From Orbicella franksi (taxonomy: Eukaryota), in assembly GCA_964199315.1 (NCBI GenBank), contig OZ116702.1, forward strand, positions 3,720,001-3,784,000: 64,000 nt of DNA, given 5' to 3'. Shown piece after piece: positions 39,296 through 50,680 of the stretch. The notes beneath the pieces are model-generated. The model had not been told where the DNA came from. It did not search any database and saw nothing but the letters and a program-made list of their open reading frames with translations. The first letter of the stretch is position 1; every line of letters starts with the position of its first letter. A program made the translations under genes and the position numbers.

Positions 39296-41289
39296 TGGCA
39301 AACTCAGGCCAATTAAATTAAAAACGTTGGGAAGACTATCTTTCGAGTAGAGTCACCATGATTCTTCAATGCAGGTAGAAGCTGGCTCTGTAAGCAAGAT
39401 CCTGTACAGAAAATAAAACGAGCGAATTAGCTCCCTACACGTGAACTGAAATGGAATATATTAATGATATGGAGCCCGATGATATTTGACTCTTAAATCT
39501 ATTTAGGAGCTTATGCGAACATGCCATGGTTTCGATTTACAGTGGAACCCCGTTAATACGGACACCCAAGGGATATGATTAAGTGTCCGCATTATCCGGG
39601 TGTCCGTATTACGCGGGCTAATTTTAATAAGAGAAAATATATGAGCTTTTTAGTTGTCGGGACAAAGAAAACTGTCCGTTGTAAGCGGGCGTCGGTAGAA
39701 CGGGGTTTCACAGTATTTCTAGAAGATTTGATTCTCCGTATATAGATCTAGTACAGATGTCCTTGTGGCCGATCGGTTTTTTTTTTGTCATAACTTCCAT
39801 ACCAGTGTAAACTTTATATTTTTGAGGAGAAAATAGTCACTGACCAGCTAGTTTTGCTGGATCAGTGTTACCTTTCAAGCATAAAACATGAAAGTAACAA
39901 GAACTGGATGGACTGATATTTTCATGGGCCCTTAACAGTCAAAATCCTCTCAGATGCATTCAGCTAAGTATACTGTGTATTTCAATAAGTAAAGCCAGAT
40001 GAAGTCTGCATTGGGCCGAGTGTCTCAGGTATCAAGCAACCTAAGGGCATTTCCACTCCTACCTCCCCACCTCCCCTGCCTGACGGGATGTCCGAGTCCA
40101 TTGCAGGGTTACCCCCCTCCAGCAATAAACTCACCTGTATCTGTTTATACACCTGAGAGGAGAGAGGAACTGTGTGAGGAAGTTCTCAAGAACAACACAA
40201 GCCTCTACCGAGTCAAAACCTGAAATTATCGATCCGGAATCCAGCTCGCTTCTCGTTAGACTCGTGTCTCCCATGAATTCACGAGGACCACTGTTTATTA
40301 ATGTTTCGTGCACTTGCCACACTGAATGCGTTAAGAAAGGTGCAAACCTGTACAGCTTACTTCGTTAGTTACAAGCACATGGAGACCAGTCTGTTCTACG
40401 GCTTTACCTCGCTGTGAAAACCTCACAACCGACTCTGGTTCTTTTTTGTCTGAACCTCCCTCCCCGCCCCCCTTATCCACTGTTATTTCAGTGTGACGGG
40501 TGCCTGGATGGCTGTATGTAGGGCTCATGGCCAGGTTGGGGGATTGCTAGCCATAGGAGCGTTTTACTGTCTAGGGGCCAGCTGATCACAGTGACGACTC
40601 CCGGGCATCCATCTCCCATACAGTGTGTAACACAGTCGTTAATTACACACAAAACACAAGTTGAATTGCTCAAATTTAATTTTTTCAGGCCATAAACAAC
40701 TTGCACTCACAGAGGCTATATAATCAGAACTTGTAAACGTACAAGCAGTTGAACATTAAGCTGTAAGCAATTAACATTGCAAGCAAGTTCACGTCGAAGG
40801 AGCCGATCCCTTCATTATTGCCTCTGGAAAAGCCGGACATGTCTCCTCGAAATTCTGAAGCAACAGGGCATTTCAGTTTGAAAGTTGAACACGTTTCATC
40901 ACCGACATGTGAAAGAGTAAATTTTAGGCATGAAATTTTGCGAAAAGTGAAAACAATGGTATCTCCTTTTCAAACCTATCACTTTCAAATATCGTCTCGA
41001 CACGTCACTGCTACTCTGGAAAACCCAGAAAATTTAGGTGACCACCGACAGCAAAGAACCGTCTCAAATTATGCATTGCAAGACTGTCTGCCAGTTCCGG
41101 GTAGTGTGGTAAAGTAATACGGGAAGAAAAGGTGTGTTCCTCTGAGCACATAGACACCTGTTCACACTGTGCAAAGGCCGAATGACAAACTAAGTGAACT
41201 TAAGTTTCACACTTTCTCCTCGCCCGTATCACGTTAAGACGCTTGCTACAACACCGTAGTTTTCTTTGACTGACAAACATCTTCGAAAT

Positions 41290-44200
41290 TCATCTAGGAC
41301 GCCTCTTGTGTTTCGCCTTTTTCTTTCTTTTCTTTTTCACGAGAGGTACGCTTCCAAATGCTAGAAAAAAAAAAAAAAAAAAAAAAATTTTCAACAATAT
41401 CGCCAACAGTAGAAATCGTTACAGAGATAAAACAACGATAAAAAGATCTTTGTCAAACCTGCTGGAGAGTTGTCGTCTCCAGTTGACACGTTGGACTCTT
41501 CTTCCCACGACAGCCTGCAAAAAGAAACTTGGATGTTCGGTGCTTGTTTACGAGAAGGAGCACTTAGTAACAACGTAACACAAGGCAGTCTTTACGATCC
41601 AAATGACCCAAATACTTGGAGCTGTTCTAACTACAGCTTTTAAAGTATTACGCCTCTAATCTCCCGGGATTCTTTTAGTCGATGAAACTTACCCACGGTT
41701 TTCAACATGTGTTCCAACAGTTAAGTGATATCCATTTATATTCCTGGTTAAGTAGTAAGTTAACAAGGGGAAACTGAATGTTTCTCATAATAGTAATAAA
41801 TACTCATGATAGGAAGTTAACGATACACTTTATTAACGCGATTTTAAAAAAAAATTCCGTTAATTTAATACACCTTAATTTACGTCGATTTTAATTTAAA
41901 TCACACTATTTTACATCATTGTTGTTTTACAGCACCTTCATTTTGATAACAAAACCTCATCTGCTCATAGTTCCACTATCAATGCCTCGGAGTCACTCAC
42001 TAAAGTTCAAAAAGTCTTTCGACTGGTCTTCGTGTTGATCCGTTTCCCCGAGGGGACAGCTAACTTCTTCCATTAGAGTTAGCCGCACATTGTTTTCGAA
42101 AATTTCGCGTTAATTTGATGTATGTAAACCTAACTTTTGGAAAATTGGCGTTCATTCTGTGTAACGTAAATGTTCTTCGCGTTGTCAACGTGCATCGTTA
42201 ATTTGCTACAATAAGGTAACCTGAATCTCACCTGTTAAGAGTATCTCTTAAGGCTTGACCATCACCATCCTCATAGCTATCAACATCTGAAGATAAACAG
42301 TTCTCTACGTAAGTGACTTTGCTTATCTGAGTGTTGCGCTACTCGGCTCGCCTCGCATGACTTTTACGTGAACAGTGTGACTTGGTCTACGTGACATTTT
42401 CTCTTGTAACCTAGCTTACGAGACGTTCCTGTGAACTACGTGACTTAGCTTACGTGACAACTTACGTGAATTACGTGACTTGGCGAACTCAAATACTGCG
42501 TGACTCAGCTTGCAAGATTTTCCCATCACTGCCACTAGTTAGATGGTCTAACATGTTTTGTATTTGCTTATTCTGCATTCTTACTGTTCTGCAATTAAAC
42601 GTCTGCACACAGACAAAAGTAAATCAAGTATTTTCCAATATTTCATGTTCAGTACCTACCAATAACATCATCAGGTTCCAAAGAACTTCTAAAAAAACAA
42701 ATAAAAATTAAAATCAACTTTTTTAACCAACCTGTAAATAAATTGATAGAAATACAGGAGTATAAAAACAGTCTGAAAATAACAACTTTCATTACCCATC
42801 CGGTCGTAACCTGCCTACAGGGGCCTCCAATTCTGCATAGCCTGACAAGTAAATGAAAATAAATCACAAATCTTCAGCTGTTCAGTTATAATTCATATTT
42901 TTGAATAAAGTCTGTAAGTTTCATGACAACTTTTGAACATGGACTGGGAACTACAGGTGAAGGATCCCAGATTCACTGACTGAAGTGTACGTATTATGCT
43001 GCACTACGGTAATAAGTGGTGGTCACCCAACTAGTTTAGCTCTTAAGTTATTTTGGGCGACCAGCAGATGTATGTCTTTTTAATTTATTTATTGTTTAAT
43101 TAGTAATTAAGTTAATTTTACAGTTCAAATAAACCTTGTTGTTGTTGTTGTTGTTCACAAGGTATATGTAAATAAATTTCAAACAAACAACAGTGAAATA
43201 CAGTTATGGAGTACCTAAAAGTAACAGTCTGACAGATTGCCTTTGCTCATCAGAGTGTTGTGGGCATCGATGGGATCTAGATAACAAAACATTCTTAGAA
43301 CTCGCAAGTCACAAATTAGGAGGCCATTGTTCAAAAAACAGCACATTAACTTTGAAATAGTTTGAAAAACTGGAACTTGATTACTGTTAAGTATTCATTA
43401 TCATAAAATGGTCAACTTGTTGAAAATGTTTTAACACATCTGGGTAAAAACTGTTGTACAACTAATTGTATGGCTACGTAATTTAATCCACTTCACAAAT
43501 CACGATAACTTTGAATTCTTCATCAGAACTCACAGTGCTGTTACTTTGAATTCTTAAGGCAAGGCATATAAAATGACTTCACCATCATCCAAAGCAAGAG
43601 TATTCATGTTAAACAGTACATGAAAGCTATTCACAATCACGTCACTTCATCAACAACTATGGTTACCGTAATGCAACAGATAAACCAGCCAAGAATCGAC
43701 CTCATCGGCTCATGGCCTCATGCAACTAAAGATATTAATTTCACTGTTAGTTTTACCTTGTACACATCCGTGCTGTATGTTCTGATATCACACCACAGGT
43801 CTAAAAAACAAATGAAACAAACATAGTAAATTTAACAAATTGAATGTGGTTTAGCAATGTTGTCTGTACTCTTATCAACAACGACTACGCATCATCACAG
43901 CGGTCAAAATATTGTGGACTCACGAGGCGCAGCCAAGGGGCAGACCAATAAATTTTCACAGGGGGAGGGGCATTTTCTGAGGTGCGATTTTTCTCACCTT
44001 TAAGTTGTGCATGATTTTTTCAGGTGGGCAATAGCTTGTGCAAGAATTTTTTTTAACATCAACAATCAAAATAACTGGATGGTAGAAAGCAATTGGTTGA
44101 TTTTTTCAGTTGCCCCATGGCTCCCCTTGCACAACGCTTTTTCAGCAGCTTTTGCTGTGCAGGAATTATTTAATTTTTTGGGACATCCCTTCCCCTATGA

Positions 44201-47200
44201 TGGATCAGGCAAGTGCATGAGCAAACAAATGAATGCCAGTGACATTCAAATGCACTTTACATGAATAATGAAATAAGTTTGCAAACTTGTATATTTCAAG
44301 TTGGGTTACATTAGCTGGCTACACCTACTAGAAAAAAATAATCTTGAAATGGTCCTTGAACAGAGCTGAATCACAGAGTACTCAAGATAAAGCTCCATAC
44401 ATATCCATGTATATGTTCATGTACATATTTAAAATGAACTTTTATTACAAAATACGTACCTGTGAGAGAAGAGCCTTTTTCTCTTCTGAAAGAGACCATA
44501 AAAAAAACATTGTGATACAGTTTCATGCAATGGGGAGTTCTAAACATTACTGTAAATGTTTGATTCCTTCCCGTGTTCCCCTCCACATCTACTCCTCTCA
44601 TCTCCCATCTGTAACCCACCCCTCTGTTATATATACAATGTGCAAGTGCTGTACATACCGTTTCCAAGAGGTTCAAAGGCAGCCATAGTAAGTCCAGTCT
44701 GAAAGCCAAAAATACAATAAATATGATATAAATATAAAACTTCACCTTAACTTATAACATAAACACAACTATTCATTATTTGCCAACAGGGCTTGCAAAA
44801 GTTTAAAAATCTCTCAACATAAAGGACCCTAAGGGTGTATTTCTTTGGATTTTCCCAAAGGAACACACCCTTAAATGCTTAAAATTTGCAATGTTCTAAG
44901 GGGACTTGCCCACATACAGCAGTTAACCCTCCCAGATGGTGTGGCTATAAACGTTTTGCCCACCCACTCTTCAGATCCTGGCTAAAAGCATGGAAAGAGC
45001 CACTAACAAGATTGAAATATTTTGTATATTATAAGAATGAATTAAAACTCTAGAATAAACATCATCTTACCCTTGTTGCTGGTAACTCTCCACTGTGAAC
45101 AGAACTAGGTGTCCCAGGACGAGGAGTCCCAGCTTCACCTAATATATATATATATATACCGGCAAAAACAATTTATCAGAAAACTGACAGTGTGTGGATT
45201 TTCATGTAGAGTATATACGAATCTGGAGATTTCCTTTGCACTTCTAGTGGCAGTCCTAATGTACTCCAAAGGCTGAACTACTTTAAGATAATACTAACTT
45301 AAAGAAAGTCAGTAGACTTTGATCACAGAAATATTTTTTTAACATGTCATACCATTTTTTCTGGGAGCTTTAGCTCTTCTTGGTGAATTTCCCTGTAGTC
45401 AAAAGGAAAAAAATCAACTGAATTGATTAGGGTTCACTTCTGTGAGTAGCACGTCAAGTTACTACTGCTTTTTCTCATGCAAAAGAATAGTAGAGGCACA
45501 GAAAGAGAATTAAAGAGCAAACTTAAGATGGCTGGATTAGAGGCATTAATAAAAATTAATGCCGAACAAACAATCTTGGTATCTTACCCTGTCTTTCTTA
45601 TTCTTTTTGCCTACGGAAAGAAACAAAAAATCTGTTACATCAGCAACCCTAAAAACACACATATTTGTAGGCTTAAATTTTATTTCATTGGTTGGAAGTC
45701 TTTGCTACAAACAGACCCTTGCATTTTACATGAAATATGACAAACCTGGCTTTCTGTCTGAGTTCCATGTCCAGTCATCATCAAAGAAGTTGTCATCATC
45801 ATCATCACCATCAATTAGCTTGCCAGTGGTCGCAAGCCTGGCCATATGAAATACATGTATCAGTGAAAATTAGAGGAAAAAAGTGTTCAACATGTTCAGT
45901 TTAAATTTATTTATAATAAACTGATTATACTTCATAATTAGTTTTCGGAATTAGCCATTTCCGATTAGTCTTTTGCATCTGTTACAAAACCAGTTGCTGG
46001 GCAAAACCATTCACATTCGAGAAAAAGTGTTCCCTCAACAGGTAAAAAGGTTTTTCATATGAGGTTTTTGCATGAAGACTCGTTTTGAAACAGAGGCACA
46101 AGGTAATTTGGAAATGGCTCATTTGTGAAAACATTTTGACAATGTCCCAGAGACTTCTTTCTAGTGGAAACAATTATTTTTATTACTTGTGTGAACTAGC
46201 AATGTATCCATCTTGTTGAGAAGGAAGCTATTGTAATAATACACCCTTAGGAATGACTAATAGTCTAACCTGCGACTGGCCAATCGGCTGCTGTTTCGTC
46301 CCATTCCCAAACATTTCTCTAAATGAGGAGCAAATCTGTTGGCAGCCATATTTCGTTGGCAGCTCGGGCAAATGCATTCCACTTGTTTCTTCAATGGTCC
46401 CTGGCCAAACACATCCAGCCCATCGCATTCCACCACTTCTGAAGTAACAATTCAAATTATGAAGGACAATTTAGCTTGTCACAAGATTGACAAAAAAAGT
46501 CACCTTTTCGTAAATAAAGTTCAAGTCTGTAATATTATGCTAGTAAGTATTCATTGAGGAGCTAGATTGCCCAAGGGTGCTGGTATCAATTACAATGTAT
46601 GTTTCAGTCTAAAACAAGATGCAACAAGAAGCAATATTCATTAAACTGGAAATTTTCATGAATGAGATGCTATTCCATAATTTTGCCAAATTTCATTAAG
46701 AATTCAACTTGCTATATGCAATATAGTTACAGCAGCTCTACATGCTTTATAGGCAGAGGGAAGCTCTGAATGCAAGAGTGGAGCAACCTCCCCAAGAACA
46801 TACTCACAATGACATTTAATAGACAGAGTTCAAACTCAGACCTCTCAGGAAAGAATTCATCATTATTAAACCACTGCATATGCTTTGCGCAATCAATTCA
46901 TCTTGACAATGTACATGTACAATTATTGCATGAATGATGGCTGCCCATGAGATCCCAAAAAATTCAGGAACTAATTAAAACTAAAATATGCTAAATTCAA
47001 ACAATGAATAAAAAAAAACACTCACCAAATTGTTTCATACTGATCAAAGAGAAGACATGAAACAAAAAAAAGCACCAATGTTTAAAAATTCAGCAGCTGA
47101 TGTTAAATTAGAAAACGTTATCTCTTCCATGGTGGAATTAACGGATTAAGCACAGGTACACTGAATACAACATGACATAGTTCTGAGGGTTGGGTTGGAA

Positions 47201-50200
47201 AAGGCAATCTCCCCCAGATCAAGTTGTTTACTAGTAAGACATAACTTTGGGTAACACTGAATCAATATCATAAGCAGTCTTATTTAATGTCACTACTTAC
47301 ATTTTTTCATCTGATTGCTCAAGGACACTATATGCTCCATGCTTGATAGACCGATGAATGTCGAAGCACAGGCTGACGATGGCCTCATCAATGAGCTCAC
47401 ATACAATACCAAACTCAGAACTGGAATCCTATATAAAAAATAAAAAAATAAATAAAAAAACAAACCAAAAACAGTTGTTGATTAGTGCAACGGTACTGTG
47501 CCACATCCAGAAAGCAGCAAGGGTCCCTTTTTCAGTTTCTGGTACTAATTTTTGATAATTGTAACTTTTTTATTGTTACTTCTTTTAGACAGTTAAATAT
47601 ATGATGCTTATTAACATGTTCTGCCTAGTTAGAATAATTCACGTTGCCCTAATGAATGAATTGCCAGTAATCGGATACCCGTGTTTGCGCAAAGAACTTT
47701 GGGATCGTCAGGGGGCAAACATTGCAAGTCGCTAGAAGGAAATGCATGGCAAAAAGTTGTTTAGATGCCCAAAAACATGGTTTTGGGGAGAGATCAACGC
47801 TTTTTCGCCGTTGTTTTATCGCAAATGGATTTTGGCAATGTTGATACAAGGAAAATGTAGGATTTTGTTTGAATAACCATGACATAAGTGATGCAATTTA
47901 CCGATAAATTAAACTCCCTTTTGCTTGCGTGAGGTTTATTGTGAAATACATTGAAGAGAATATTGAAAATTTCAATACACGCCTGATCTCGAGAGGCTAC
48001 CCGGAGCAAATGGTAGAAAAGACACTCCGAGAAGTTAAATATAAAGACAGAAAAAAGCTGTAAAACAGAAATCAAAAATTGCAGAAGGAACTACTACCCT
48101 TTGTGTCGGGCGATTTCACTCAACCGTCAATACCAAACTTTGGAAAGCATAATCACCCACAAATGGCACTTTTAAATACAAATACTCAGAGATATATTTA
48201 AGGAGCCACCCTTGATCTGTTATAGAAAAGAAAAATCACTGAAATACGTGCTTGTAAAAGCAAAACAAAGGCTTTGAGCAACACAGCAGCCACACAGCAT
48301 GAGTCGCGCAGACTCATTTGTCATTAAATCAACCCCAGACAGCACAATGATCATGACCGGGCTTATTTCCGGTATTATTTGTATGACTGAGCTTTCAAAT
48401 AAGCCAAAAGTAGCCTGTACACAACTTAAAAGGTCTTACTGGGTTATTTCCTCTCGATTTATACCTAATTAATTTTGTAATATATTTCAGACTATTACGT
48501 GATGTAAATTTCACAATTAAACCTCATGCAAGCAACGGAGTTTATCGGTAGGTTTTATCACATATTTTACGGTTATTCAAAAAAAACTTACATATTCCAC
48601 ATATCAACATTGCCCAAATCCATTCGTGATAAAAACAACGACGAAAAAGCGTTGATCTCTCTCAAAAATCGTTTTCTTGTACCTCGAAACAACTTTTCGC
48701 CATACATTTCCTTCCAGCGACTAGCAATGTTTGCCCCCTGACGATCCCAGAGTTCTTCGCGCAAACACGGGTATCCGATTACTGGCAACTCATTCATTGT
48801 CTGCAAATATATCTGGACTCTGTCTGTATCAAGCAACCAAGGTTTGAACCACAGTCAAGGTCATCATGTTGTGTTCTTTAAAGGCAAGACATTTGACTGT
48901 TGTGGTGTCTCTCCTTCCCCGGGTGTTCAAATGGGTGCCAGAGAATTTAATGCTGGGGGTAAAACCCTGACTGTGAGCTATTTTTAAAAGAACCCCTGAA
49001 GAGGTGCCAAAATCTTGCTTGCAAGGATGGCTCAAATTCATTTTCACCCCTAAAGAGACATCATTTCTGACCAAGTACTGACTAAAGTTGTTCTCTATGT
49101 ACAAAAATTATAGTTACAATATCAATAGAACCTGACATTTCTGTCCAGTCCTAGAGCTGGAAAATTTCTGCAAACACAGAAACTTCTAAATGGTCATCCC
49201 ATTTTCCTGTTGGGCTGCTGTGAATGAAATACTCTTATCTTAACGCTTTGAATGGAAATTTGTATTCCATAATTACACTGTTTGTCTCATTTGCACCAGT
49301 TGCAAGCCCTTCACCTTTCATGGCCTCACACCTCAACCCAAATGCCTGTTTCTATGGGGGAACTTCCAAAAGAACACCCATGGTGGACTCCCATATAAAA
49401 AGGAGGGAGGTGCTGTTAAAAAACAAGTTTTGGTACCTCCTAGGGTGTTCAGCCTCAAAAGGTCCACAGCGAAAGCTTTTTTGATACCTTTTTTAACACC
49501 TTTTCGTGTATTGAGAAGAGTAAAATATGATAGAAGATAACTGTAAGTGTTAGAATTGGTACTTCTTAGGGGTAAAACAAAAAACAAGCCACGCCCACAA
49601 CACCAGATCTTGGTACCTCTTAGGAGTTCTTTATACATGGGAGTCCGCCCCCCCCCCCTACACCCCCCGGGTAGAACACACCCTCCCCAAAAGGAAAATC
49701 AGCTATAATTATCTTGGAAAATAAGAAGTTCCAGTCTCTTTTTATTTTTTTGGCTTAACACCTTCAAAGGTGCTGCAATAACTAGATTTTTTTTGACCCA
49801 GTACAGTACAAAATATAAATTTAACAGCTAGGTACAGGACACCATGGGATTTTATAGAGGAGTGTGCCCCCCTCCCCTCCCCCACCCAAGTTTAGTATGA
49901 AGTTCCTAGAAATGATTTATTAAAAGTTATTTTTACATTGTTGTGGAATCGGATAAACCCTTACCAGTAGTTAAGAAAACTGTTTTAATACGACAGCCAT
50001 ATATCAGTTCGATAAGTATTAAGTCTTACGTAAGCTAGTGAGACTTTTAAAACTCAAGCTTTTGAAAACATCACTCTGGTTAAAAGGGAAACATTATTTT
50101 CAATTTTTCACGAGCAGAGAGTTCTGTTTTTAGAACACAGTGGGCAACTTACTTCATCCAGGTCTACACTGTCCACTTCAGAAGGTGAACTTCCAGTATC

Positions 50201-50215
50201 TAGCACGCTACTCAT
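41290..50215 (-). CDS. ATXN7L3: Ataxin-7-like protein 3 / SAGA DUB-module subunit Sgf11 (341 aa, 17 coding exons)
   Basis: Exons 50215-50153, 47428-47301, 47039-47026, 46438-46270, 45837-45746, 45610-45588, 45392-45353, 45138-45071, 44698-44659, 44485-44460, 43800-43757, 43276-43215, 42841-42796, 42688-42660, 42286-42232, 41514-41459, 41360-41290 give one 1026-nt frame. Sgf11 zinc finger [32 protein letters not shown]; SCA7 domain [27 protein letters not shown]. An in-frame upstream start at 50370 (exon 50370-50355) would add 26 aa. Confidence 0.93.
42340..42515. repeat. Degenerate minisatellite built on TACGTGA
   Basis: Six TACGTGA copies at 42365, 42388, 42437, 42451, 42463, 42472. Confidence 0.75.
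47651..48797. mobile_element. Long-TIR (about 260 bp) foldback/MULE-like element carrying a Penelope-like RT fragment, in ATXN7L3 intron
   Basis: 47651-47912 and 48540-48797 are inverted repeats. Internal 47950-48265 translates with stops and frameshifts to ...[20 protein letters not shown]...LPFV...[24 protein letters not shown]. No TSD seen. Confidence 0.75.
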
Positions 50216-50369
50216 AACTTCAGCAGCTTGGCAGAAATCACAGCCGGCTCGAGCAAGCCATTCTGTCAAACGATGTTCTTGAAAATATAAAAATAAACGG
50301 CTTGTATTTTCCGGCTTAATGTATTACTTTAGCTCTCCTTTTTTTGCTAAGCACCTGGCAAACAATGCA

Positions 50370-50680
50370 TTTTGCGAGCGAAGCTACATTTTCAGGGCTT
50401 GCTGCTTTGCAAATTTTATATCACATGGCTAAATTTCCCTTTGCAAAAGACCCAAAACAGCACAAAACTGAAAATTATGGCCAGGTTACAAAGGAATTCA
50501 GGCATTGCAAGCTTTCGGGAGTATTCGGTATTCCTCGTGCTTTCCGAAAAGCTAGCGAAGAGTTCCGAAAAGAACGAACCCGCGGTCAGCGGATTGCTCC
50601 TGTAGACCTCGAAAAAATGGCGGAAATATTCATGAGTCAAAACAAGAAGAACGAACGGTCGTATTAGCTGAAATACAACA
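50370..50680. promoter_or_regulatory. Bidirectional promoter ATXN7L3 (-) / CFAP410 (+)
   Basis: Divergent genes less than 0.5 kb apart; YY1 consensus AAAATGGCGG at 50614-50623. Confidence 0.6.

Noticed and set aside
40331-40706. ORFs 40331..40528 and 40488..40706 as extra ATXN7L3 exons
   Set aside because: ATXN7L3 already ends at 41290 with a basic tail like its orthologues; there are no good acceptors and no homology.
41993-42073. Short acidic [16 protein letters not shown]... as an alternative ATXN7L3 last exon
   Set aside because: An in-frame stop lies upstream, and no acceptor links it in phase to the preceding exon.
49200-49345. [13 protein letters not shown]... as an ATXN7L3 cassette exon
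   Set aside because: Phase-0 acceptor but no phase-0 donor; the flanking exons join correctly without it.
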